From the NCBI GenBank assembly GCA_028691985.1, contig JAQUYG010000001.1:27617-91616 (forward strand): a DNA stretch of 64,000 bases, in the 5' to 3' direction. The position numbers and the translations under genes were made by a program. The DNA comes from Minisyncoccota bacterium. Its GTDB lineage: Bacteria > Patescibacteriota > Minisyncoccia > JAHIHE01 > JAGLIN01. How positions within the stretch are numbered: the stretch's first letter is position 1; each line of letters opens with the position of its first letter. Positions 29,003 to 38,231 of the stretch are shown here, one piece after another. The notes below the pieces were generated by a model. It was given only the letters and a program-made list of their open reading frames with translations. It did not search any database and had not been told where the DNA came from.

Positions 29003-29560
29003 TTATCTTATTAAAATTCCAAGAATTACAATATTTAAAATGTCCTCCCGTTTTGCGCCCCTTACAAATCTTGAAAAGAACATCTTAAGACCACCTTCGC
29101 TCCTGCCTGTCGCTTCGGCAATTTCCCGGAAGCTCATTCCTCCCCACACTCGCATCAAGATAATTTCCCTTTGTTCCGGCTTCAACCTGTTTAGATATTG
29201 ACCCACTTTCTGAAGCCGATTTCTGTCATCTATCTTTTTATCAATATCCTCGTTCAGACATATATCCCAAAAATCGTCGATATCAACCTCCTCTTTTTTC
29301 TTACGATAATGGTCTATGACCCCGTTCCTCGCAATCGCATATAACCAGGAAGAAAAGCTCGTATCCGCGTCGAAACTTCCGATCTTTTCGACCACCTTCA
29401 AAAATGTCCGACTTGTCAAATCCTCGGCTGTTTCTTTATGCATAGTCTTAAAAAACACAAAACGATAGATTTTCTCCACATAAAAATCATAGAGGACACC
29501 GAACTCGGACCAATCCCCTTTCTGACACTTCCTAATGATTTTTTTCTCATCGAATCCCAT
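29003..29560 (-). CDS. ECF-type RNA polymerase sigma-70 factor (second copy)
   Basis: ETAEDLTSRTFLKVVEKIGSFDADTSFSSWLYAIARNGVIDHYRKKK is region 2. REIILMRVWGGMSFREIAEATGRSEGGLKMFFSR is region 4. Confidence 0.85.
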   Translation of the reverse strand: MGFDEKKIIRKCQKGDWSEFGVLYDFYVEKIYRFVFFKTMHKETAEDLTSRTFLKVVEKIGSFDADTSFSSWLYAIARNGVIDHYRKKKEEVDIDDFWDICLNEDIDKKIDDRNRLQKVGQYLNRLKPEQREIILMRVWGGMSFREIAEATGRSEGGLKMFFSRFVRGAKREDILNIVILGILIR

Positions 29561-29589
29561 AAGATTCTTAAAAGATTAACATCAGTCAC

Positions 29590-29883
29590 CTAAAGATTCG
29601 GAAACAGATTACCACTTAAAAGTTCCCAGACATAACTGAGTCCGAAGATCATTATGACAGCAAAAACGCTTACAAAAGCTACTGAAAAAATATCATCCCC
29701 GATATTTTTCCTATTTTTTTCTCTTGGCATTTTTCTAAGTCTTATCCGCTTATATTCCATATAACGGGTAGGATTTAAAAAAGTAACAATCATCTTTGTC
29801 AAAAAATTTGCAAAAACGGAGGCTCTTTCGCACTTCGAAAAGCCTCCGTTTTCCATTATCCTATTCGGCTGCCTTAACCTCAA
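29590..29883 (-). CDS. Hypothetical small membrane protein. It probably starts internally at MEYKRIRLRK.
   Basis: Basic N-terminus plus one TM. It overlaps the Hsp20 stop. Confidence 0.25.
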   Translation of the reverse strand: MRLRQPNRIMENGGFSKCERASVFANFLTKMIVTFLNPTRYMEYKRIRLRKMPREKNRKNIGDDIFSVAFVSVFAVIMIFGLSYVWELLSGNLFPNL

Positions 29884-30361
29884 CCAATTTACTTTGAGCT
29901 TCAGGTTTTTTCTTAACTTTCACAGTAAGTGTGCCATTTTTACAGCTTGCCTCGATCTTGTCCGGATCCGCGCCCTTGGGAAGCTCAAACTCTCGATAAA
30001 AACTGCCGCTATACCTTTCGATGCGATGCCAAGTTTTCCCTTTTTCTTCTTTTTCTTCTTCGCTCTTACCGCTGATTACAATGTTGTCGCCGGAAATTTC
30101 TACCTTGATATCTTCCGGTTTGACTGCAGGAATATCAGCCATGATATGGAATTCTTTTTCCGTTTCTGCGACATCGACCCTAGGCATCCAGGATTCCATC
30201 TCGCGATAAAAACCTTTTCCTATTCCGGACCAAGGCTTCAACCAACTCTCAGGAAAAAATCTTTCCATCAACGCCTGCGGCTCCACCCACGGCAATACCT
30301 CAGAGCTCATCGGCTCTTTTCTTCGCTCTGTTTTTTGGACTGGAAGTTTCATATTAATCAC
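29861..30361 (-). CDS. Hsp20/alpha-crystallin family small heat-shock protein
   Basis: …PRVDVAETEKEFHIMADIPAVKPEDIKVEISGDNIVISGKSEEEKEEKGKTWHRIERYSGSFYREFELP…. Confidence 0.85.
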   Translation of the reverse strand: MINMKLPVQKTERRKEPMSSEVLPWVEPQALMERFFPESWLKPWSGIGKGFYREMESWMPRVDVAETEKEFHIMADIPAVKPEDIKVEISGDNIVISGKSEEEKEEKGKTWHRIERYSGSFYREFELPKGADPDKIEASCKNGTLTVKVKKKPEAQSKLVEVKAAE

Positions 30362-30461
30362 CTCCTTTCTAAAAAAATAGAAAAAGAAAAATCGGAATTT
30401 TAAAAAGTACGAAATTTATTACACGACCGACCAGACAAACAAAACCTATGAGTTTTTAATC

Positions 30462-31361
30462 TTATTTCCCCTTAAAAACCTTATAGAAATATTCGAACCT
30501 GCCTGCTATTTTTCGCGAGGCTTCCTCTGCAGTTATTTCCCCCGCTTTATATGCCAAAAGCGAATCCCAAAAAATTGTCCTCCCGATTGCAAAACCGATT
30601 ACACCTTCAACGCCCGCACCTGCCACCAGCCACTTCTCTAGCTGCTCATCGTTAGCATGTCGCCCCAGAATAATTATATCAGAATCCCTTCCTTGCGCCC
30701 TTACCTGCTCAACCAACAGTTCATAATCCTCTCTTTCCTCCAAGCCCTCAATCTTCCAAACAGCCGGTTCCACTCCTCCGTCCTGAAGTTCTTCTATCAT
30801 CAGTTCCATCAGTTTCGGCCTCATCTCTGTATCATAGATTTCTTTGTCTCCCTCCACGATTTCCAGCTGCTTTTCCGTAGGCGGCACCAATGGCTCTATC
30901 ATCATCTTATAGCCCTTCTCACGACAATAATCACTCAAAAACTTTAACTTCTCCGTTTGCCGCAAATTTAATTCTTGATCTCCATCCGGATTGTAACGGA
31001 CCAGCACCTTAACGAACTCCGGATCATATTTTTCTATATGTTCCTTAAAATTTTCCCCAAATTCAAAATCAAATTCCGCCTGTCCGCTTTTTTCCGTGCA
31101 GATACAAATACGATATCCATTCTGCTTCGCATCTTTCAAAATCGCATCTCCGAATTCTTCGTCCACCAAAATCGCACCGATTTCCTTCGGCACCGCACCA
31201 TTTTCAATCGCCATCTTGAAGCCCTCATAAACTATCCCCTTAAAAAAAGATATTCTCTCAGCTTCCTCCGGCGTCGGTTTCCCCAATATCCCGAACATTT
31301 TTTCCTGAAAAGATCCACGATGATCGAACGGCAGGACAAACAACTCATTTTTTTCTGACAT
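30462..31361 (-). CDS. LacD/DUF2090-like class-I-aldolase-fold (TIM barrel) protein
   Basis: The N-terminal FVLPFDHRGSF resembles the LacD/DUF2090 'DxRG' start. The length and secondary-structure pattern fit a TIM barrel. This is a tentative family call. Confidence 0.45.
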   Translation of the reverse strand: MSEKNELFVLPFDHRGSFQEKMFGILGKPTPEEAERISFFKGIVYEGFKMAIENGAVPKEIGAILVDEEFGDAILKDAKQNGYRICICTEKSGQAEFDFEFGENFKEHIEKYDPEFVKVLVRYNPDGDQELNLRQTEKLKFLSDYCREKGYKMMIEPLVPPTEKQLEIVEGDKEIYDTEMRPKLMELMIEELQDGGVEPAVWKIEGLEEREDYELLVEQVRAQGRDSDIIILGRHANDEQLEKWLVAGAGVEGVIGFAIGRTIFWDSLLAYKAGEITAEEASRKIAGRFEYFYKVFKGK

Positions 31362-31451
31362 TTTAGGCTAGATTATTCTTATTAATATTTTTATTATAAC
31401 ATTTTGTCTATAGAATGGAAACTTTTTAAAATGAGCTGTGACCGTTTTTAA

Positions 31452-33932
31452 TTAAAGCAGGTTCGCTTGCAAGTGATAATAGGGCGGACGATTCTTATAT
31501 CGCTTAATTGCCATATGAATGACTTCCTCTAGAAAATCACCGTAGTCCATTCCTGTCAGCTTTGCCACAGAAGGCACGCACGATGTTAGATTGATGGTAG
31601 GATTAGGATTAAGCTCTAGGACATAGGGATTTCCATTCTTATCCACCCTGATTTCCACTCTTCCATAATCATGGCAATCTAAAATATTATAAGTGTCCAG
31701 CGCGATTTCACTGATAACCGCTTCCAATTTTTTGCTTATATTCTTCGGAGGTCTTTGTACCGATATATATTTTTTATAGACTTCTTCCTCTCCATATTTC
31801 GATTCAAAGGGATATATATGCCAATAGCCCTCTGGCATTTTGTCAAAAACCGAACGGGAAAGCGGCAACACGCGCAAATCATCTTCCTCGCTTCCGATGA
31901 TTGAAACATCGTATTCATCCCCCTCGATATACTCTTCGATGAGTGCCGGTCTTCCCATTTCCTTCACAACATACTCCAATTGCCCCTTGAGCTGTTCTTT
32001 ATTGGTTACGACAGAGTTATTTGTAATACCGATGGAATTGTCTGTATTCGCGGGTTTTACAATCAGGGGATATTTAAGATTCTCTCTGACCTTATCTTCC
32101 AACGAATAGACATAATCCCATTCAGGTGTAGGAATTTTGTGATAGTTCAAGAGTTTTTTCACGCGAATCTTGTCGATACACAGGCTCAAAGTGAAAGGAT
32201 TAGAGCCAGTGTAGGGAATTTCCAAAACATCCAAAAGTGAAGCGACATGCGGCTCCAAAAGGCTGGAATTATTAATTCTCTCACAGACATTAAATACCAA
32301 ATCCACATCGCTATTCTTCAAATCGTTAAAAGCCTTTCCTACATCGTTAAAATCAAAAAAACTTATCCTATAACCCCTCTCCTTCAAAGCATTTTGAATA
32401 TTGACCCCTATCGTAGTCAGCTCTTTTTCTAATGTTTCGTCTTCATTCTTGTCATAAAGATTGCAAGCGATACCGATGTGCAGATTCCTCTGATCCTTAA
32501 CGGACATTTTTTGTATTTTTTCTATCTTTTCAACCCTCTTTGCAGCTTCGGTTTTAAGAATCGACGAAGATCGATGGTCTTTTCTTAGCGTTTTTCCTAT
32601 CGACGAAGCGGAGTGAAAACGCGCCACTTCATATTCTATAAGTTTCTCCGCCTCCTCCATATTTTCCTCAGCCTCAGAAGAATTATCGCCCGACACCGTC
32701 ATCCATCCCAGATATTCATAGCCTTCCGGCGGCGCCATTACCGTATCCCCCACTTTCTTGAAAAATTTAACCTCCTCGACAAAATCTTTTTTATTTATCC
32801 CCGGGTCAATATCTAACTGCACGACCACTCCCGAATGATCAGAAAGGAAAGTCTTGGCCAATACATATTCTTTTGCTTCTTCAATCTTCATTTTGGGAAC
32901 ATAAACCCCCATCGCAATTTTAACTGCGCCTTCGATAAGATCTACCCCCCAGACCTTCTTCACACTTGAATACATCTCATCGCCACCCATCCGCAAATTC
33001 GCCTCAATCGGCACCACCCCGCGCCTTGTCACTTTTGCCTCAAAATGGATGCATCCGTCGCACACACCCGCTTTCTCTAGTGTCTCCTCCACCATCGCAA
33101 TGATATCTTCTTGATCATCGTCCGGAAGGTTGGAAGGCGTAAGCCGATAAGTCTCAATAAAAAATGGCTCATGCGTTGCGCTGTTATCGGAGATAGAAAA
33201 GAATTTTATTATTCCATTCTGAACCAAAAGATCAACATCCACTTCACTACCGTCAATATATTCCTCGACCATAATCTGCTTTCCATCGCTGAAAGCCGAT
33301 TCCACTTGCTCCGAAATCGAAGTTTTTACATATTCGAATTTACTTTCCAGTTCTCCGGCATCCTCCACTTTAATCACGAAAGCGCTCGAAGATCCAAAAG
33401 TCGGCTTAATAACAACAGGAAAGGAAAAATTGTCTCGCACAAAATCCAAATCCTTTTCAGAATCGATTGCTCGATGATGAGGTGCCGCAATTTCATTTTC
33501 CTCACAAAAATCCCGAAAAAGCTGCTTATTGCGCACTCCACTCGAAACAGCATAAGGAATTCCGATAAATCCGAACTTATCAACGATTTTAGAAGTCAAA
33601 AGCACATCATCTTCCCAAAAAGTCAACGCCCCTTCGATTTTTTCATCTGGATTATTTTTAATAAACTCCCGCACCGCTCGGAGCGCTTCGGAATGCTTGG
33701 CATTATCCGCCAAAATCCACCTATCCACATAAGGCTCCGCCCAACTCTCTTTCTCACCAAGAACCACAAGCCTCACGCCCGATTTTTTAAGTCTCTGCAA
33801 TATGAATTTTTTCTTGATGGACCCGGTGCTTACCAAAAGCACTGTTCGCCCCGCGATTTTGTCGTTTTTAGAAAAAACTTTATTACTTATTTTCTTGCTG
33901 AACTTAATAACTTTTTTTGCCGTTTTTTTCAT
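31452..33932 (-). CDS. Two-module ATP-grasp ligase (826 aa): an N-terminal ATP-grasp joined to a C-terminal D-Ala-D-Ala-ligase-like ATP-grasp
   Basis: N-half: …FPVVIKPTFGSSSAFVIKVED…IMVEEYIDGSEVDVDLLV…IEANLRMGGDEM. C-half: …YPLIVKPANTDNSIGITNNSVV…ALIEEYIEGDEYDVSIIGS…YGRVEIRVDKNGNPYVLELNPNP. Confidence 0.75.
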   Translation of the reverse strand: MKKTAKKVIKFSKKISNKVFSKNDKIAGRTVLLVSTGSIKKKFILQRLKKSGVRLVVLGEKESWAEPYVDRWILADNAKHSEALRAVREFIKNNPDEKIEGALTFWEDDVLLTSKIVDKFGFIGIPYAVSSGVRNKQLFRDFCEENEIAAPHHRAIDSEKDLDFVRDNFSFPVVIKPTFGSSSAFVIKVEDAGELESKFEYVKTSISEQVESAFSDGKQIMVEEYIDGSEVDVDLLVQNGIIKFFSISDNSATHEPFFIETYRLTPSNLPDDDQEDIIAMVEETLEKAGVCDGCIHFEAKVTRRGVVPIEANLRMGGDEMYSSVKKVWGVDLIEGAVKIAMGVYVPKMKIEEAKEYVLAKTFLSDHSGVVVQLDIDPGINKKDFVEEVKFFKKVGDTVMAPPEGYEYLGWMTVSGDNSSEAEENMEEAEKLIEYEVARFHSASSIGKTLRKDHRSSSILKTEAAKRVEKIEKIQKMSVKDQRNLHIGIACNLYDKNEDETLEKELTTIGVNIQNALKERGYRISFFDFNDVGKAFNDLKNSDVDLVFNVCERINNSSLLEPHVASLLDVLEIPYTGSNPFTLSLCIDKIRVKKLLNYHKIPTPEWDYVYSLEDKVRENLKYPLIVKPANTDNSIGITNNSVVTNKEQLKGQLEYVVKEMGRPALIEEYIEGDEYDVSIIGSEEDDLRVLPLSRSVFDKMPEGYWHIYPFESKYGEEEVYKKYISVQRPPKNISKKLEAVISEIALDTYNILDCHDYGRVEIRVDKNGNPYVLELNPNPTINLTSCVPSVAKLTGMDYGDFLEEVIHMAIKRYKNRPPYYHLQANLL

Positions 33933-34241
33933 CTCTTTTTCAAATATTTTAAAAAATAAAAAAAGACTAAATTCAAATCTAGTCTTCCTTTAGAAGTTTA
34001 TAAAAACAAGTCTCCGATTTTCCAAACCCACTCTTATCCGGAGGCTCCCCGATGTCTTCAATTGTAAGTTCCATATTTTTAACTAATCCCGATAGTCATA
34101 AATATCAGTAAATACAGTATAGAATAAAGATTTTGAAAGTCAATCATTAAGAATCTTTCATTTAAACCTCTCTTGCTTAAAAATCGAAACAGATATGCTT
34201 TATTTATTTTTCAAACGATATTCTTCAAATACTTTTTTATT

Positions 34242-34269
34242 TGTCATTCCGAGCTTATTGAGGAATCGC
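34242..34269 (+). repeat. Partial copy (5' hairpin only) of the TGTCATTCCG repeat family
   Basis: TGTCATTCCGAGCTTATTGAGGAATCGC, compared with the copy-1 start TGTCATTCCGGGCTTGACCCGGAATCTGCG. Confidence 0.4.
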
Positions 34270-34368
34270 TTTATCACCACCCAAGCCTACACCCTCAAGT
34301 TTATCTGAAATATTTTTAAATTCATTCATAAATTTCAAACTTCCGCATATTGCAATTTTCATTTTTTA

Positions 34369-34950
34369 TTAATTATACAGTAAAATCTTTTTTAGTATAT
34401 TCAAAACAATCGGCAATTCACAAATACCGTCATCCCCGCCAAAATGTCTATTGTTTTCTTCAATAAAAGTTTTAACACCCATAGCCTCTTCGAAAAACAT
34501 TTTGTTTATTTCCAAAGGAACACAGGGGTCATTATCAGAAAATATTGCAAAAAAAATTTCAGACTTTTTCTTAACTTCTTGAAAATTTATCGCGTCTTTA
34601 TTCCATTCTGCGGCGATTTCATTTTCTTCGGGAGTTTCCAAGTCAAAGAGTTCGATCCACGGCACTACCATGATTACCCCGCCGCAAACTTCTCCCTTAT
34701 CAGATTTTTCTAAAAATCTCAAAATGGCCTGACATCCGATACTGTGTCCCACGAAATAAGTATTCTTACCAAAATCACCGACCAATTTTCGCAAACAATC
34801 AACCTATTCCGCTGTTTGAGGATTTTCCGTATGAGGCATCTCAGGGATTAAAACCTTAAAACCCTCTTTTTCTTCTTCCTTTTCGAGCCAAGGAAGCCGA
34901 TCTTCTTTAAGATATCCTCCCCAACCGTGGATTATAAAAAGTCTTTTCAT
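34369..34950 (-). pseudogene. RBBP9/YdeN-like serine hydrolase interrupted by an in-frame TAG (rc of 34804-34806) at the conserved Trp position
   Basis: Manual translation: MKRLFIIHGWGGYLKEDRLPWLEKEEEKEGFKVLIPEMPHTENPQTAE*VDCLRKLVGDFGKNTYFVGHSIGCQA… The nucleophile elbow GHSIG is intact. The paralog next door has W (GNWLKVIGEYG) where this gene has the stop. Confidence 0.6.
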
Positions 34951-34993
34951 TTTTAATAAGCTCTATCTCCACGCCCAATCTCTCCGCCAGGGC

Positions 34994-35440
34994 CTATGCC
35001 TTTTCAACCGAGACATAAGGACCATTATCAGAATAATAAATATGAAAGTTTTTGCAGTTCCCTTTGATTTTTTCCCAATCGAAATCTTTATCGACAAAAC
35101 TTTTATTAATCACATCAAAATCTTCATTTCCTAAAAAATCAACAAAACCTGAAACAAAAAAACACGCCTTAATAGGTTTTTCCAATTTTTCCAAAACACT
35201 AAGAATAAAGACCGGCCCCAGAATGTGGCCGATAAAGATAGTCTCTTTATTAATGTAATATCCATATTCCCCGATCACTTTCAGCCAGTTCCCGAGACTC
35301 TGACCCGCTGGCGTAGGAAAATTAGGCACAAAAACTTGATAATTATTCCGTTCAAGCTCATCTTTCAGCCACGGAAACCAATTTTCTTTCGAGCTTCCAT
35401 AAGCGCCATGAATTATAAAAACATTTTTCATGAAATCCAT
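34994..35440 (-). CDS. RBBP9/YdeN-like serine hydrolase paralog with a Ser-to-Ile change at the nucleophile (GHILG). It ends at a TAG, and homology continues past that TAG.
   Basis: …VFIIHGAYGSSKENWFPWL…FIGHILGPVF…YSDNGPYVSVEKA*ALAERLGVEIELIKN. This aligns with VPLEINKMFFEEAMGVKTFIEEN of the neighbouring paralog. Confidence 0.55.
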   Translation of the reverse strand: MDFMKNVFIIHGAYGSSKENWFPWLKDELERNNYQVFVPNFPTPAGQSLGNWLKVIGEYGYYINKETIFIGHILGPVFILSVLEKLEKPIKACFFVSGFVDFLGNEDFDVINKSFVDKDFDWEKIKGNCKNFHIYYSDNGPYVSVEKA

Positions 35441-35647
35441 ATTCCCTGATAAAAATTATCCCCCAGACGATACCTTGTTTCTCTTGATTCTTTTTCTTCC
35501 GTAGAGAAAGATGTAATGATTATCCTATCTTTCACAATCACCTCATCAAAATATAAGATTGACTTATTATGTTAGACATCCTTATGTTTTACACAGTTTG
35601 TATCTTTTTTAAATCCTAGCAAACTTCTATATGGTTCTACGCTCATC

Positions 35648-37036
35648 TCATTTCTCTGTGATAAAAAACTCCTCGCTATTGCCAGAATAAGATGTATAAT
35701 CATTTTCATATTCTGTGATATGAAACTGGTATTTATCCCCCGGATTAATCCAATCAGAGACTTTAAAAATATAACTTCCAGTATTTGGGACTTCGCCTAC
35801 TGCCGTCGTTTGCCAGACAAGTCTAGTCGCAACAGATTCGGCAGAATTATCATAAAGCGCAATATCTATCAGGTTAGTAGATTTGATCGGTGTCCATTGT
35901 AGTTCATAACTTTTGCCAATAACCCATTCGCTGTCTTTGGCAGGAGAAACAATTTCGAGCTTTTTCAGGCTATATTTTATGATTTTTTCCGGCGAATTAG
36001 TACCATCCTCCCGACATGGACCATTCAAAGTAAAGATAATCGCATCTTCCTCTTGGTTATATTCGCATTCACTGTCCATATAACCTCCCCAACTCTGTGC
36101 AGCTTCAAAAACTCTCTTGAAATCAGGAACCGAATAGACCTCGCCTGGATTTCCACCACTAAATCCGGCACTAGTACAAGCATATATATATTTTTCATCA
36201 GGAGTAACACCAAAATTTTCCCCCAAAACAGCACCCACTATACTAAGTACCTCTTTTTTACCTTTTATATCATATACTTTGCCCACATTCCATTCATAAC
36301 CAGTCATCGTATAAAGCAAAAAATCATTTTTCGGAGAAAACTCAAACCTCGAAAACCTCTTGATTTCCACTAAATTAGAATGGTCCTCATTGAATTCATA
36401 ATCCCCTTTATCAACAATCACCTCCTCTTTATCTCTTTTGACGATCAAATAAATCCCCTCTCCTCTTTTAACAGAGAAAGTTTCATATTCTCCAGAAATA
36501 ACATTTTCAGCCATAAATTCTTCCACAAAAATTGTGCTAAGTTTATCGTTTTCTGAGATAACCATCTTAACGCCATATTTATTCTCGTCTTCACCCTCGT
36601 CTTTATATCTCACGAAAAAATAAAAAGTATCACCTCCTAAATCCTGAAAGTCATAAGGCTCGGCATATTCCACTTCTCCATACCACTTTACAAACTCCTC
36701 AAAAGAAACATCCTGCTCAGCGCGCATAGCATATGCTTTTGCCAAATCTCCGGAAGAAAGCAGCTCATAATATCTCTCTATGATATCGATTTTGAGTCCG
36801 TAGGAATCATCACCCTCGTCATTTTTCCCTTCCTGAACAATACCAGCGTCATTATTCTTCTCATTTTTGTCTTGTAAACGCAAATCTGTGCCGCCTTCGT
36901 TTGTGATAGAGTATCGACAGGAGAGCAGCGCCGCAACACTAAACATCAGAATAAAGAAAGAGAAAAGATATAGGCACCTTTTTAGAAATCTCCCTGAATT
37001 TGACGCTCCCAAGCCCGGGATTTTGTGTTTTTCCAT
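35648..37036 (-). CDS. Hypothetical secreted/lipoprotein-like protein (462 aa)
   Basis: Signal/TM FFILMFSVAALLSC (lipobox-like). No confident domain was recognised. Confidence 0.45.
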   Translation of the reverse strand: MEKHKIPGLGASNSGRFLKRCLYLFSFFILMFSVAALLSCRYSITNEGGTDLRLQDKNEKNNDAGIVQEGKNDEGDDSYGLKIDIIERYYELLSSGDLAKAYAMRAEQDVSFEEFVKWYGEVEYAEPYDFQDLGGDTFYFFVRYKDEGEDENKYGVKMVISENDKLSTIFVEEFMAENVISGEYETFSVKRGEGIYLIVKRDKEEVIVDKGDYEFNEDHSNLVEIKRFSRFEFSPKNDFLLYTMTGYEWNVGKVYDIKGKKEVLSIVGAVLGENFGVTPDEKYIYACTSAGFSGGNPGEVYSVPDFKRVFEAAQSWGGYMDSECEYNQEEDAIIFTLNGPCREDGTNSPEKIIKYSLKKLEIVSPAKDSEWVIGKSYELQWTPIKSTNLIDIALYDNSAESVATRLVWQTTAVGEVPNTGSYIFKVSDWINPGDKYQFHITEYENDYTSYSGNSEEFFITEK

Positions 37037-37130
37037 TTAAATATTTTATATTTATTAAAAATATTATATAATACTTTCAATATAAAAAAAAGGTACATTT
37101 TGTATCTTCTATAAAAAATAATAAAATCAT

Positions 37131-38156
37131 ATGAAAAAACTTTTTACCGTTCTGGCCGCTTTTATATTTCTGGCCATCCCCGCCCATGCATCAGAAATTG
37201 TCGAGGGCGCAGTCATCAAAACTGCAAATAATCCCGATGTCTATATCGTAAAATATAACAGCGGAAAAAGTTACAAGCGGTTGGTTCTGAATCCGCAAGT
37301 TTTCGAAAGTTATGGACACCTTCGCTGGGAGGACATTTTAACCGTCGACCAAGAGACTCTAAATAAGTTCACAACTTCCGACTTAGTGCGAGTGGACGGA
37401 ACCTCTGAAATTTATCAGCTCACACCAAACGGAGATACCGGCAGCAAGGTTCCTATAGACAATCCCACCGAAGTTGACCTTAATAGCATATATACGATCA
37501 ACCATACCGATTTCGGAAACTATTTAAATCCATCGAACGCGGAGCTATCCGGCCCTTACGAAATTTATCAAGTCATCGACGGCGACACCTTCTCGGTCAC
37601 GATCAATGGCATAATCCAAACCGTGCGCCTAATCGGTATCGACACGCCTGAAGTTGCCAGCGCAGTGACCGCTCGGGAATGTTATGGAGAAGAAGCATCC
37701 ACAGCCGCCAAAGAACAGCTGACCGGCAAGAAGGTGTATTTAGAATCCGATGCTGTTTCCGGCGATACTGACAAATATGGACGACTATTACGATATGCTT
37801 ATCTGGAAAATAATACGCTTTTCAACAAATGGATGATTGAAGAAGGCAACGCCAAAGAATACACCTATGCCGGACAGATTTATAGATACCAAACCGAGTT
37901 CAAAACGGCGCAAGCATCTGCAAAAACTGCCCAGAAAGGACTCTGGGGAATTGAAATCTGCGCCCTCTCAGATGTAAGTTCAGAGAAAGACGCTTATATC
38001 TGCTCCGCCGACACTTATAATTGCTCCGATTTCGCGACTCAAACCGAAGCGCAAAACGCCTACGCCTACTGTCTCAACCAAACAGGCACTGACATCCACC
38101 GCCTAGATTCAGACGATGACGGAGTAGTGTGCGAAGGGTTGGAACAAAATATCTGA
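37131..38156 (+). CDS. Secreted thermonuclease (SNase-like) with C-terminal Excalibur Ca-binding domain
   Basis: Signal peptide, then SNase core: VIDGDTFSVTINGIIQTVRLIGIDTPEV…YGRLLRYAYLENNTLFNKWMIEEGNAKEY. Excalibur: DSDDDGVVCE. Confidence 0.8.
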   Translation: MKKLFTVLAAFIFLAIPAHASEIVEGAVIKTANNPDVYIVKYNSGKSYKRLVLNPQVFESYGHLRWEDILTVDQETLNKFTTSDLVRVDGTSEIYQLTPNGDTGSKVPIDNPTEVDLNSIYTINHTDFGNYLNPSNAELSGPYEIYQVIDGDTFSVTINGIIQTVRLIGIDTPEVASAVTARECYGEEASTAAKEQLTGKKVYLESDAVSGDTDKYGRLLRYAYLENNTLFNKWMIEEGNAKEYTYAGQIYRYQTEFKTAQASAKTAQKGLWGIEICALSDVSSEKDAYICSADTYNCSDFATQTEAQNAYAYCLNQTGTDIHRLDSDDDGVVCEGLEQNI

Positions 38157-38231
38157 ATTTAACTAAGCATTGACAGAATTCATTGTTTTGTCGTACCTTT
38201 AAGATGTCAAAGATAAAAAGAGGTTGATATT

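Noticed and set aside
34369-35440. Genome-wide amber (TAG) codon reassignment
   Set aside because: TAG followed by terminators or good intergenic context ends nrdD (3260), ftsZ (5140) and the LCP gene (14354). TAG is therefore a stop here. The two internal TAGs are treated as local lesions or readthrough candidates only.
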